Assembly: GCA_000934665.2 (NCBI GenBank)
Contig: KZ538624.1
Location: 1 to 58,017, forward strand
Reading direction: 5' to 3'
DNA: 58,017 nt
Source of the DNA: Catajapyx aquilonaris
Taxonomy: Eukaryota
Shown: one piece after another, positions 40,901 through 52,709 of the stretch
Numbering within the stretch: position 1 is the stretch's first letter
How the letters are laid out: each line of letters opens with the position of its first letter
Notes under the pieces: generated by a model
What the model was told of the DNA's origin: nothing
What the model saw: only the letters and a program-made list of their open reading frames with translations
The model's database searches: none
Position numbers and translations under genes: made by a program

Positions 40901-42139
40901 CTGTGCACTGGCACAACGCTGTGTCAAAACATGCGGTCTGACTGACACTCACTTGCGGCCGGGTTTGCACACCAGGCCCTGTAGGCTGACTGGGTGTCAT
41001 TCAATGGCGGGCCCTGCCTGCATCAATAGTTCTTCACACCTCCCCACTGCCGCGGTGTGGTTATCATTTCCTAAAGCAATGGTTGTATACAACGCACCGG
41101 GTGCTTCATGGCAACACCCCAATCTTGTCAGACAAATAGGTTGTCTGCTCTGACCCTAATAGACCATTCCTATTTATTACCTACGTCACTGTCACTGATC
41201 AAATGCCGCTTGCTTTTGGTTGGTTGTTTTCTTGGGAGCGACAAACGCGATAGGGGTGCAGTGACACTACAGGGCCAGAGGAGATTCGGTCGCGATGACC
41301 TGCGAGGCGATTGATCAGTGGAAGAGAGGTTGGATGATGGCAAACTAATATAATCAAGAACATTGCACATCCACCCCGAGAAATGTGTCTCCTATTCATA
41401 ATACTGCACAGTATCACACGGCCAGGAGAGTTTTGGGGGGACTATGTGGTATGCGTCGCTCCAACTGATGCAGGTCACCTGTGGCATAATCATTACATAA
41501 ATTCCCACCAGAATATTGAACTGTGTTTGCACAACCCAAACAATCACTCAAACATATTTTTTCCCCAGATGATTGCATGTAATTATCAACCTCCATGGCA
41601 TGTACAGTGTCAAGGGTTTCATAATGGACTGTGCAACTGAATATGCATGGTGTTCAAATGTATGTCAGCATCCATGCAACTATGTGCATCCAAAAAGGAG
41701 ATTTCATTCGTACTTTGCATCCCTCCAGGGGAATCCTCTCTTGATCCTAAACTAACAGCAAATTTACAGTGCATCAGAAACTCAATATTCATGTAACAAT
41801 GTGTGACACTATGGCTGGGCTGCACCAGGCTGCAATTTCTTTTTAAAGTCATCTACGTTAAAAAGACACTTTTGAAGCAAAACATTTCCTTTTGGAAAGG
41901 CAATATTGATTGAATGGTAACTTGCCCTTCACTAACCCATTCAAAAAGAGCAGAAGTTTGAAAAATTGCCACAGCCTATACATCCTCCTTTCAAGGGACC
42001 AATAGCCACCCCCTCAGGTGCTTCCAAAGTGCAAGGAGCTTTCACATGGTTCAATCAATGAAATCTTTTTTTCCCCCCACGTTACTATACACCAAGCATC
42101 TTTCCTTCAGAAGCGCACTACATCAACATTACTGTTGCA

Positions 42140-42462
42140 GAGGAGGAGGTAGAGTGGCACAGCCGTAATGCTTGGAACCCCAGATAGAAAGATCCCAGGT
42201 TCGATCCCAAGCCCTGGCTTCCCTATCTCATCTCGAGTGGAGTTCCACTGTCTCTTATCTTAGTCTTGGGCAGGTGATTTCCAGTACATCGGGGAAATGC
42301 ACAAAACGACACTGCACTCCTAAAACTAAATGTGCTTCTCCTTTCCCTGTAGCCCTCCCTTGCTCACGGTACCCGGTGTTAGCAAAAATGTCCAAAGCTT
42401 GTGTATCTAAGCAAATGAAGGTATTGTCCTAGATGCCCAAGATGGGAGGTGCCATAACCCCC

Positions 42463-42507
<45 letters not shown>
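42140..42507 (+). mobile_element. Diverged SINE family A-related copy
   Basis: GAGTGGCACAGCCGTAA head, GGTTCGATCCC B box, CACAAAACGACACTGCAC body similarity, (ATT)n tail. Confidence 0.75.
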
Positions 42508-42512
<5 letters not shown>

Positions 42513-44546
42513 TCTGATTTTTAAATTATGATTTCTGTCATGACAGGCTCTGGAAAATGCCACATGTTACAACTTACAAGGATACAGTTTGACCCACAGG
42601 TAGTTGTTGCTGGTAAAACTGTGCTGCAAGATACAACACCAGTATATTTCTTACTTGAAGGGAGACAGGCATGTGAAGAGCAGCCATAATCACTACCCAC
42701 TCTGGCTACCAATGATGCTTATGACTCCCTCCCCAACTCTCTGTACATTATAATGGACAAGCCCTATGTAATACAATACAATTTTACAAGCAGGAAGTAC
42801 CCATGTGACAAGCAGTATACCCAATTAATGAATCCCTTTTGACTTGATTCCCTGCAATTGAGCTGGTTGACTTTGCAATACAATGTTGTTATCCTACTTG
42901 CAATGTGCATGCTGGCAGCACTACTGCATGTTAAACACGTGTGAATGACTTTGTGACGAGATATTTTCTCAGGCCCGCATCTTTAGTGGAGTTGTTTTTG
43001 ATATGTGGGACCATTTGCAAACCTAGGTTTCATCACAATAATTTTGGAAGCCAAAACAAATTATAAATTATGGAATGCATCCAAAAGCAACACGCAGTGT
43101 GTCACTAAGTATCACACGCCGCTGCAAGAAATGATGCAATGGAAAGAACAGTATCATTACTCACAACCAGCTTTGAAAGGTTGGCTCGCTACCTATCTGT
43201 CAAGTTCCAGAATGGAATGACTAGTATGGCCCTGCAACTTGCTCTATTTATGACATGAGGCATCCTTTACTTTTACTCTGGATATTAGCATAGTCAGCTG
43301 AAGTCAAAGCTCCCACCTGCCTGGAGAGCCAATCCGTTATTGAAATTAATAAGAATGTGTCCATCACTCCAAGCTTTCAAATCCAATCAAGGTTATGGAG
43401 TCATTGCATGCTACTGCATGTAATAAAGACAGATGCACACATGCAGTGCAGCTCATTGACACTGAATCTAACACAGAAACTTGCCATGCATTAACACAAT
43501 ACCTCACCACCTAAGAGGCCTCTAAATTATTCCAAGTGGCTGGTGCAGCACAAGTTATATTTGGGAGACAATTGCTTCTACTGGGGTGTAGGCATATAGT
43601 AATCTCTATATCGCAGGTCTTCAACCGGTGTTCTGCGAAACCCCTACAATTCCAGGGATTTGTCCAAAGTGTTCCACAAATATATATTTGCCCAGAAAAT
43701 ATTTCTATACCCAGAGAGAGGCAGATTTATTTTTGTATCCATTAGTACAAGTCACTCCTAAATGAACACTGGTCATGGTTTTTAAAAGTGGCACTGGGTT
43801 TTATTGCAGGAGTCCAACAAGGTTTTAGAAAGATGGATTCTGCTACAATAAAATAACACTAATCTATATAATGAATTTCGCCAATGTTTATTGATCAGAA
43901 GGGCTGCATCGGTACTCTACATGGTTTAAATATTTCATTGATCATTCTTATTGTTCCTTTACCGGCACATATTTCCTGATTCCTTTTCACTACTATTTAC
44001 AGCACATACTACACCAGGAAACCCACAAACATCTCATACCATGTGGTTTAGTAAATTCGAATTATGTGACAGCCTTAAATGCCTCCTTTTCTTAAGGCAG
44101 CTATTAGCTCCTCAGCATTCTGGTCCCGATTTTCCCACTACACCTTTCCCGAGCAATCGCTCAAAAGGTTGTCTTCAGTTCAGCTGATGTTTACTGTCCC
44201 AAAAACAATCGAATTCCAATAAAATCGCCTTACGCGCCCCGCCGGGAGATGTCACCTACTACGCCGCATTCTTCCGATAAATGCAACCATACAACACGGT
44301 GCAAAACACTGTGACTGAGCCTCGAGCCTCGGATAAACCCCGCACACTCCCAACGAGTGTTTCTCATTGCTTATATACTAGGCCTAGCTGTATCACTTGG
44401 CGGTGGATCGACCGCAGAATAAAAACATTCCCGGCTTTTGTCATAAACAGATACAAACAAGTAACACCGAAGCCTGGCGCCCCGCGTTCGAAGAGTGCCG
44501 CGGCCCTCCTTGTGCAGGCAGAATGTTCAATTTGGATGGGACTTAC

Positions 44547-44615
44547 CCTGTGGGCGCCGGAGTCGAAATCCGTCCTGGAACGCTTGGTCGAAGGTCCATC
44601 ACCGTTGTACGCCAT
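44547..44615 (-). CDS. sm: hnRNP L / smooth-like RNA-binding protein, coding exon 1
   Basis: MAYNGDGPSTKRSRTDFDSGAHR followed by a perfect AGG|GTAAGT donor, in a CpG-rich promoter region. Resembles the MPYNG...GP..K..RT N-terminus of Drosophila Smooth (recalled, not searched). No RRM exon is visible in the window. Confidence 0.75.
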
Positions 44616-45287
44616 TATGAAACTGAAGCGCCGGAGCAGCGCTGCGTGCGGGACCGATCGCGAAGGGATGCACGCGCCACCTCTGCACCTGGATGCCGCC
44701 AGATGGAAACACTCTGCAAATGGATGACGCCTCCGTTCTTTTTTTCTCCCTCCATTTTTTTAGCTTGTAGCCCACACTGTAGTGTATATTATATTATTAA
44801 AATTTCACAACATTAATCATTTTTAGAGAGCTTATTTTATTGAAACAATTGTTTGAGACTTAGCATATACCGACTTAAAATGCTGTGACCCAGTAGGCAG
44901 CCATGTTTGTACAGTCATCTTTGTTTGGTTATAGTCATGAGTGATTATTTTTAAATTATTTAACGCATAAACTTTAATATTTTGTTTCTGACATCAGGAT
45001 CTTGGTGAATCCTTTACCAAAAACGTTTTATTTTGCTCATCACCCCTAATCTTGCCTGCAACCAGTTTCATTCTGCTAGCCTGCCTGTGCTGCATACAGA
45101 ATCCATTGACACACAGCATAGCAACCGTCGCTTCCATCCAGTTCCTTCGGTCGGTCGTCAAGTTGCCTCTTTGTTTCGTCCCCTCCCCCTGCTCGAGCTA
45201 CCTCAGTAGTAGTAGCAGCAGTGCCATAGCTGCGTTCCATCGGAGTTTTTCCACCCGTACTGTAGCTCTTCCTAGATCTCCTGCAAG
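44616..45287. promoter_or_regulatory. Putative bidirectional promoter and 5' UTRs of smooth-like and FBXO28
   Basis: Divergent start codons 672 nt apart. CpG-rich flanks surround an AT-rich core (~44760-45040). YY1/Pho-like GCAGCCATGTTT at 44897. TSS positions cannot be determined from sequence. Confidence 0.75.
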
Positions 45288-45428
45288 ATGTCTGAGGCTG
45301 AGTCCGTACCTCCGCTAGTGGGCCCTGATAGCGACAAAACAATGTTGCATCTGGTGAACCTACCCGACATCGTGCTGGACAAGATTCTGCTGAATCTCAG
45401 CTATGATGATATAGCCAAGCTCAGGGTG
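45288..45428 (+). CDS. FBXO28: F-box only protein 28 (pallbearer-like), coding exon 1
   Basis: ATG at 45288 follows an in-frame TAG (45273). Translates MSEAESVPPLVGPDSDKTMLHLVNLPDIVLDKILLNLSYDDIAKLRV, an F-box start (LP.. IL..LSYD.I..LR). Donor GTAGGT at 45429, phase 0, joins exon 2 in frame. A second in-frame ATG lies at 45342. Confidence 0.9.
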
Positions 45429-47092
45429 GTAGGTCCCTTATCTCGTTTTTTGCTCTAATTCCAACAGGTCTTGCATTCCAGGGAAGCCATGGCATCTAGC
45501 AAGCAGCATATGGTTTGCTTTAGGGAGGTGCAGCTTATCTGACCTTATGGCAGCTCATTTTTTGTGCATATTTTTAGTGTGGATACAAGTGAGAGGTGCC
45601 ACACTGGTGTATCTTGATGGACTTTGTTGACAAATTATGCAGAAGGACCTATGCTTTTGAGCATGGTCTGGTAACCTGCCACAGACATGGTAATTGTAAT
45701 GAGAGGTATTGCTTTATTACATGGCGAGTATGTTATAGTGTGACTCTTGCAGCCAGTTTAACTTCCTTAATTGCATAATGAATTAATATGCACATCCCAT
45801 GCACCTCTGCGGGCATGCTGGTGACTGGAATCACTATCCAAGTGAAGGCAATTAATCACCATGACTAGAGGTGATTAAGATGACTGGTGTGCTCTGAAGT
45901 GATTATAATCACCTGAAAATAGAACATGCTCTCATTATCATGCAACTATTAAGACCACATTCCCACAGGTAGCTGCTTACATTCACACTGATACCAGTTG
46001 ATAGTATGGGACTAGCAGAGGCACATGAGAGGCAACAGTGTGTCAGGATGTAACAGTCTAGTTGCTGTCTACTATCACAATATAATATTGTGGAATAAAA
46101 GTGAGCTAATCCAGATGTGTGAATGTCTGAGTCACATTGCCACCATCTTTAAAAGACAAGGGGGAAGTGCCCAAAAGGCATTGCACTTTGGCTTCTTTTA
46201 CCCAGCACCAGATTGGTACAAGATTATCAACTTATCTCAAGAGCATCCATGAATCCAATATGAAGATTATGAACATCTCAGCTAACTTGTGTCCCATGCA
46301 GTATTGACTGATAATTTAGGATATGTGGATCTAAAACACTTTCGAAAGTGGCAGAATTGACAGGTCAGGCACAAAATGGTACTTATTGTGGATCCCTGCA
46401 AGGTGTAAAGATAGTAAAGGAGGCCAGCAGGAATGTTGTAAACTCCCCTCACTGGGGAGGGACATGGACTGCTAGGAGGCAGTTTTACATGCTGCCAATG
46501 CATTGATGAGACTTCAGAAAGCATGGATAATCTACATTGTAGTCATTCACCTCAACATTAGCAGTAGCAGAATCTCTGTGTGGCTAAACAAGGAGAAAGA
46601 GAGCCCCTGTGTCTGGGTGCTGCAGCTGACATGGAGATGGTCAGACCCACCTTCAGTGTGCCATCATAGCACAGGGAAAGAAGAACAAAAGTGTAAATGT
46701 AGTTACTGGGATATACTAGATGGGGTTGGTGCTGAGAAAGGAGTTGCCAGGTTCTTTTACGGATAATGTTGGTAACTAGGTGCCTGATTCTGGCTCATGG
46801 CTGCCATACATTTTGGCCCGGTACCTGAAGTGGTAGCCTACATGAATATTTGGCAGACTCTAATTATTGTAAGACTCCATCTGGCACAGAAACTAATAGT
46901 ATGAAACATTTTTTGGTGGATTAGGACCCCTGATTGCACCTGGTTTCATTCCATCGATTGTGCATTGACACCTCATGTTTCAAAACTTGGGATTGGTTCA
47001 ACACTCTTGTTTTCACTTAAACTCTGTGTTTATAAACCAAGAGTGAAGAGTAGTATGATGTAACTGGCCCTAAGCCACCTTAGGGTCATTGT

Positions 47093-47338
47093 CAAATGGG
47101 GGGTGTGGTGGAAAAACATAACCCTCATTTTTGACCTAAACACTTAGCAACAATGTAAAAGACATGAGAAACATTTTGGTATACTCAAAGTTCACGTACC
47201 ATGCACGATACGGAAACACGGACTAGATCAAAACCCGCATTCCCTATGATTTGTGAAGAGAGAGCAAACTTCAATTGGCTCTCCTGAAAAATTACACTTT
47301 TGAGGGTTATCATGTTTTTGCACCACACCCCTCAAATG
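47093..47338. mobile_element. MITE-like element with ~35 bp imperfect TIRs
   Basis: GGGGTGTGGTGGAAAAACATAACCCTCA vs TGAGGGTTATCATGTTTTTGCACCACACCCC. Confidence 0.6.
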
Positions 47339-47729
47339 TATCATGGAGTTAGAGAAGCTTTGTGGACTGCACCAAGCACAGGCAATTTGAATTAAAATGT
47401 AGCAAATATGGTCTGTGCCCGTGGAGTTGCATGTCTCAACCACTTTTCGGAAGCTCTCTTCCCCCATAGTGTGGATGCACCTAATACGGGTTTTGGACCA
47501 CATGACATGTTTCTTTTTGCACTGTAGTTCATGAGCATTCAAAGGGCTTGGATTTTGGGGGGGNATGTAACATGCTTGCGCTTGGCGCTGCTGGAAATAT
47601 GAAGGGACCGTTCTTTCTACTTGCTTATATCTGATGTGCTTACAGTATAGGAGGATTCCACTGTACTTTGTCAGTTACAGCTGCCTGAACTTGTGTGACC
47701 TTGAACCCCCCCCCCCCAAAAAAAAAAAA

Positions 47730-47779
<50 letters not shown>
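47730..47779. repeat. (AAT)n microsatellite preceded by C and A homopolymers
   Basis: Direct reading of the sequence. Confidence 0.95.
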
Positions 47780-47781
<2 letters not shown>

Positions 47782-47909
47782 TAGTAATTCCTGCTGCAGT
47801 GGGCTTATTGGCGCTTCTCTTGTTTCCCCTATTTCAGCATGCCTCTTGTGTGGTTAGAAAAAATATCTTTCAAGAAACTTGCCGAAATTGATTGATCAGG
47901 TCTTGACTA

Positions 47910-48143
47910 AGGTCTGGGGACGGAAGTCTGTGGTTTTACTGTAGCTGTGGGGACCAGTTCCAATTGTGGGGACATTTCTCGGTCCCCACAGTCTCACACA
48001 CGCGAAGTGTACCATTACAGTGGGGACATGTGTAAATTAGTGGGGACATGTCCCCACTATTTTCATTTGTAGGGTTTCACAAAAGTCCATTTTTCTCAGC
48101 CTAGGTTACTTAGGGTAGGGTAGGTTAGGTTAGGTTAGTTTAG
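47910..48143. mobile_element. Fragment with GTGGGGAC/GTCCCCAC repeats and (TAGGT)n, possibly a Helentron-associated non-autonomous element
   Basis: Several GTGGGGAC copies in both orientations, then TAGGTTAGGTTAGG running into an N gap. The classification is inference. Confidence 0.45.
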
Positions 48144-48781
48144 NNNNNNGGGGGGGGGGGGGGGTGTTTGCTGTAAACGAAAAGGGGGGCTTCATGACTA
48201 AAAGGTTGGGAACCACTGATCTATCCACATGTCAGCCATGTTGTTTTTCCACTTCTCCCTTCCCCACTGCCTTTCCCACTTAAGCAGTTGTGAATAGCTA
48301 GTCAGCCTCTGGCCTCAACAGTTTGGTTTGGTGTACGTGTATTTTGGCACATGGCAACTCTGACTTTCCTGCCAAGACTCATTCCCTGATTCAGTTTACA
48401 CATAAGAGACATTTGTGCCCCTGCTTCTGGGCCTTGTGGAGAATCCCATACTGCTTCCAGTTGGTTCCATTGAATATAACTGACTCCAGCATAGATGTAT
48501 AAGGTACACTGGTACAGTATAGTATACTAATGAGAGTGCATGAGGCTGACCCAACCGGCCAGTATACTGTCTAATTTTTTTAAAACAAGTTACAATTTAT
48601 GTAAAATTGATGTACATATAGTGCTGCGGGACGATTCACTTGTGTAAGTCAAGGGCTGCCTGTATTGTCAAAATGACTAAAAGGCCTTTGTGAAACTCAA
48701 ACAAAAAATAACCTCTCGACCCATATGCCATGCATAATGAAGCTGGGCTTGACACCCCCCACCCCTCAATAAGTAGGGGAG

Positions 48782-48944
48782 AGTGTTGTATCAACGGTTC
48801 AAAAAGAATTGTCCCTCGCGTCGAGCGGGCAGCCACGCTTCAGGATGAAAGCAACCAGTTAACTGGTTCCTTTCATCCTGACGCGTGGCTTCCCGCTCGA
48901 CGCGAGGGACAATTCTTTTTGGACTGATGATACCATGGAACACT
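48782..48944. repeat. Spacer-less palindrome centred at 48860/48861
   Basis: CAAAAAGAATTGTCCCTCGCGTCGAGCGGG...CAGGATGAAAGCAACCAGTT|AACTGGTTCCTTTCATCCTG...CCCGCTCGACGCGAGGGACAATTCTTTTTG. Confidence 0.92.
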
Positions 48945-49107
48945 TTTTCAACATTTATTTTTATTTAGTAAAGTTGTTCATGTTTTCAACATATGAAGCT
49001 GTCCATGTATAAAGCATATTGTTGCCCACACAATGGAACTTCATCATTTTGTATGCCACGAATAACTTTACTAAAAATAATTAATATGTGATAGTGTTGC
49101 AAATTAT

Positions 49108-49416
49108 CAAATAATAATAATGATAATTTGATACCCCATTATCAGCCAACTGGGCTTTTCTAGGGGGGGAATTCCTCCCAATTTTTTGTCTGGAACTCTT
49201 ACATTTTTTACTACCTTTTCATCGGAATTAAGCAGGGATAGGGAAGGAAGGAAGCGGCTGTGGCCTATAATTACGGTAACGACCCCGGAATTGTCCTGCG
49301 AGGACCATGGGAAACCACAGAAAACCATGGTCAGGGTCGCCGGCCTCAGGGATTCGAACCCAGGACCTCCCGATTAGCGGTCGGACACCTTATCCACTCC
49401 ACCACTACTGCTTCGG
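49108..49416 (-). mobile_element. SINE family B (tRNA-Ser(GCT)-like head), full length
   Basis: B box GGTTCGAATCC on -, (ATT)n tail. 16-bp TSD TAGTGTTGCAAATTAT (49092-49107, 49417-49432). Confidence 0.92.
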
Positions 49417-49458
49417 TAGTGTTGCAAATTATGTTCCAGGGTACAACATGCTGATGTA

Positions 49459-49859
49459 CAGTACCCTGCATTAATGGCCATTCACAAACATCGCCACCTG
49501 TCCCAAGAACGATCGGAATTAGGCGTCGGTGGGCTGCGTCCAAAATACTTGGACAGCTCAAGATATCGCAGTTGAATCAAACGCTTGGTACAAAGATGGA
49601 TTACAGCGGATCACAGATATATCTGTGGGATGAATTATAAGTCCATTGTGATTCCTGTCAATGTATTGAGGTTGTGAACCAGTTATTACACGGACCACGC
49701 GAATCCCTGTTAATCCACCGTGATGTCTTAAACCGTCTAGAGCGGTCTCGTGAGCAGTCTTGGTGATCAAAGTATTTTGGACACAGCCCACCGATGCCTA
49801 GTTCCGCTCAATCCCGCCAAGTGGCAATGTCTGTGCATGGCCATTAATGCAGGGTACTG
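49459..49859. mobile_element. pogo/Tigger-like MITE
   Basis: TIR CAGTACCCTGCATTAATGGCCA and its reverse complement, imperfectly extending to ~95 bp, with TA TSD. Confidence 0.9.
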
Positions 49860-50030
49860 TACCTTGGAACAATCTGATGTATCCTTGGAACAATTTATTT
49901 CCAGCATGATATTAGGCTCAATTATGCAAATATTTTATTTCACATTGTAGTTTTCAAAGCCAATTTTGAACACTATTCTTGATGACACCCTGACACAACA
50001 CCCTAGCTGACGTGTTCCAAGGTACATGTA

Positions 50031-50669
50031 CACTGCAAATCATGTGCTGCCTCCGAGCCAGCACAAATTTACTTTTTTGTGCCATCTGTTGTGCTGGCTA
50101 TTGTGCTGACATGAGAGTCAGCACAGGAGACCTGCCCCTCCTCCCTTCTCCCCCTCCTCCTCACCCACCTGCCCCAGGCCCTCCTCTGCCTCCCCCCACC
50201 TTAGTCTTCACCACCATTCCTGCAATGCTGCAAAAATGAGCAAATAATTTGCAAGTATCCTATATATTTGCAAGTCTCTCATCTTTCCGTGTCACCAACT
50301 GTCACCTGTGCAGCATAAATGAGAGCAACTTGCACTCCAACCGACTCCAACTGACTCCCAACACAATGGCAAGCCTGAGGTTTTTCCCTGCTCGACAAAG
50401 CACAAGAGCGGATCAGCGCAGGAATCATGCGCAGATGAGATTGTGCTGTCTGGATTTATCATGTGACTTTCATGTGCCGACTGTTGTGCTGCCTAAGCAT
50501 TTGTTTTAGCACACTGTGTGCTGACTATTTATCCAGCCAGCACAGTCTTGCGCATGTGCTGAGTGGGTGCTGACTTAAGATTCAAATTTCCCCGTGCTAA
50601 CTGCCATGCTAACTAGAGCACCTTGTGCTATCTACGACATAGCACATAGTCAGCACATGATTTGCAGTG
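50031..50669. mobile_element. CACTG-ended non-autonomous DNA transposon (animal CACTA/EnSpm-like)
   Basis: 19-bp TIR CACTGCAAATCATGTGCTG, TA on both sides, many subterminal GTGCTG/CAGCAC repeats. Confidence 0.78.
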
Positions 50670-51596
50670 TAGGGCTACTTTTAGAAATGAACTTGCCTCT
50701 CTTTCGTGCATTACATGATTGGTAGGTAATAATGATTCAGCACTGTTGACTATTGGTGTACACTTCAGAGCAGAACTTCATCTACTACAAATCTGTTATA
50801 TGACAGGAGCAATAATCGACAAAAGGCCTGCCAAAAAACTTACTTTTGAGTACGCAAAAACACCTCCGCCACTCACTACCTCCAAAATGGCTACCTGCTA
50901 GGGTCTGCTTCCAACTAGGGGGCATATGCATCCTTTGATTCAGAAAGTGGCCGGTACATGTCAACACGAACTGTGGTACATTGAGTGTTCCAAGGTACAT
51001 TGTGCTTAAGGAACAACACACTCCCCTACATCACACTGCTATCAATTGCCCCCCTCATTTTCAATTTTTTCTCTAACAGAAAAATTATTTTTACTGAATT
51101 TAGTGCTCAAAGTTTGGGCATCTTTGATTCATATCAGAATGTCGAGCATGAGGCCAATGACCTCTAACTAACCTGTACATAATACACATGGCAACACGAC
51201 ATCTTGCAGAGATTGTTGCACTCGGTTATCATACTGGGTGATCCAGAGCAGGCCACATTCAGATAAGGTGATGGGTGAGACCTGCCTTCTACTGCAAGAT
51301 GATGAATACTGTACATTGTCATTGTTGTATTTATATGTGGCCACTGCCCCAAGCCAAGAAATGGCTGGTGTTTGGTGAGATATTGAAGTTGTTTGTCTGT
51401 TCAGTTAAATTGACTTTATTTCATATTTTCATGTTTCCATGCAGTTGCTGCTGTCAAGGGTAGGATTTCATAGGTTGATTTATGGTGCCCCCCCCTTCCT
51501 TTTTGTTTGCCATGTGGACATAGTCATTTTAAGCCATTACTACACTTGTATTGGGTTATCTACATTCATGCATATGGGTTAGTACTGCTTTTATTC

Positions 51597-51836
51597 GGGG
51601 GTCACCTCTGGCTTCGTCTCGGGTGGTATTTCCACAGACTAAACCACCCGGGGGAGTTCACTAAAAATGGCCACGGTTAAGACATTGCACTGCACCTAGC
51701 ACATCTCCTCCTGTCATCCTGCCCGTGGGCCCGGGCGTTACGTATAAAGGCTCCAATGTACTTGACATAATAAATAAAGGTTCGTGCTGCATACCTAAGA
51801 TGAGGTCAAGCACTAGCCCGGATTATATATTATTAT
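51597..51836 (+). mobile_element. SINE family A, 5'-truncated
   Basis: Matches the 3' two-thirds of the 5829 copy. 14-bp TSD TACTGCTTTTATTC (51583-51596, 51837-51850). Confidence 0.9.
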
Positions 51837-52217
51837 TACTGCTTTTATTCAGCAAATGTGCTAAAGTGCCCAATTTTTGTGTATGATTCCAGTTGCAGGG
51901 CACTTGACCACAGTTTGTCTCAGTGGAAATCTGAGTGTCCAGGTTTTTTCTCCACTGTTGTAAAATTTTGCTGGAGAGTAATTTTTGAAATTCTGTAGTT
52001 TCACTATAGGAGGTTTAGTAAATGCAACCGCATTTGTTCTACCCACATGAATAAAAATTAATTGATTTTTTAGATAATGTCCATGTAAATGATCATATGC
52101 ATAAGCAGCACCATGGTAGAAGTAAAAGATGGTCAAATGTAAAGTTATAACAACAAAGCATGACTGCTGTGGTATTTAGACTTGCTATGTCCATTAACAT
52201 TTGCTTTGATTTTGTAG

Positions 52218-52466
52218 GTGTGCCGCCGATTGAATAGCGTCTGCCAGCAACTGCTGGTCAAGGGATTTCTAGCAGTGGAGAAATACCACGCACAATGCTT
52301 GAAGGCAGTGAGGGCTCAGCTGCCTAGACGTGAATCAGAGCGGAGGAATCATCCTCTAGCCCGACATTGTGACGTGCTTTCTGCCGTTGAGACCCGATTG
52401 TCTCTGTTGAACATGACTTACATGAAGTACATTGACATTAATGTGTGCTGCTTCATTCCTGGCAAG
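52218..52466 (+). CDS. FBXO28: FBXO28 coding exon 2
   Basis: Acceptor ttttgtag, donor gtgggt, 249 nt. VCRRLNSVCQ...AQLPRRESERRNHPLARHCDVLSAVETRLSLLNMTYMKYIDINVCCFIPGK closely matches the conserved FBXO28 core as I recall it. Confidence 0.97.
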
Positions 52467-52709
52467 GTGGGTGACAAGTTTTATACTGACGAAAAGAGGG
52501 TAGTTCCTCCTGTAACAATGTCAGGCATCCATGTTTTGAGGGAATTTATAATTGTCAGAGGACGACAACACTTTTAATCAGATTATGTGGCATAAGTTTT
52601 ATAAACCCTTTGCACTCCTTGCTAAGTTGAGAAATCAGTTATATTATGCTTTCAAATACAATGGCACTTGTCTATATGTAGTCTATTCATTCTGAGATAA
52701 CTTTACATA

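Noticed and set aside
44364..44546. C-terminal part of the 83-aa ORF 44364..44615
   Set aside because: Read-through past the GTAAGT donor into intron 1.
48110..48143. Insect telomeric (TTAGG)n
   Set aside because: Only a few degenerate units inside an intronic repeat; not a chromosome end.
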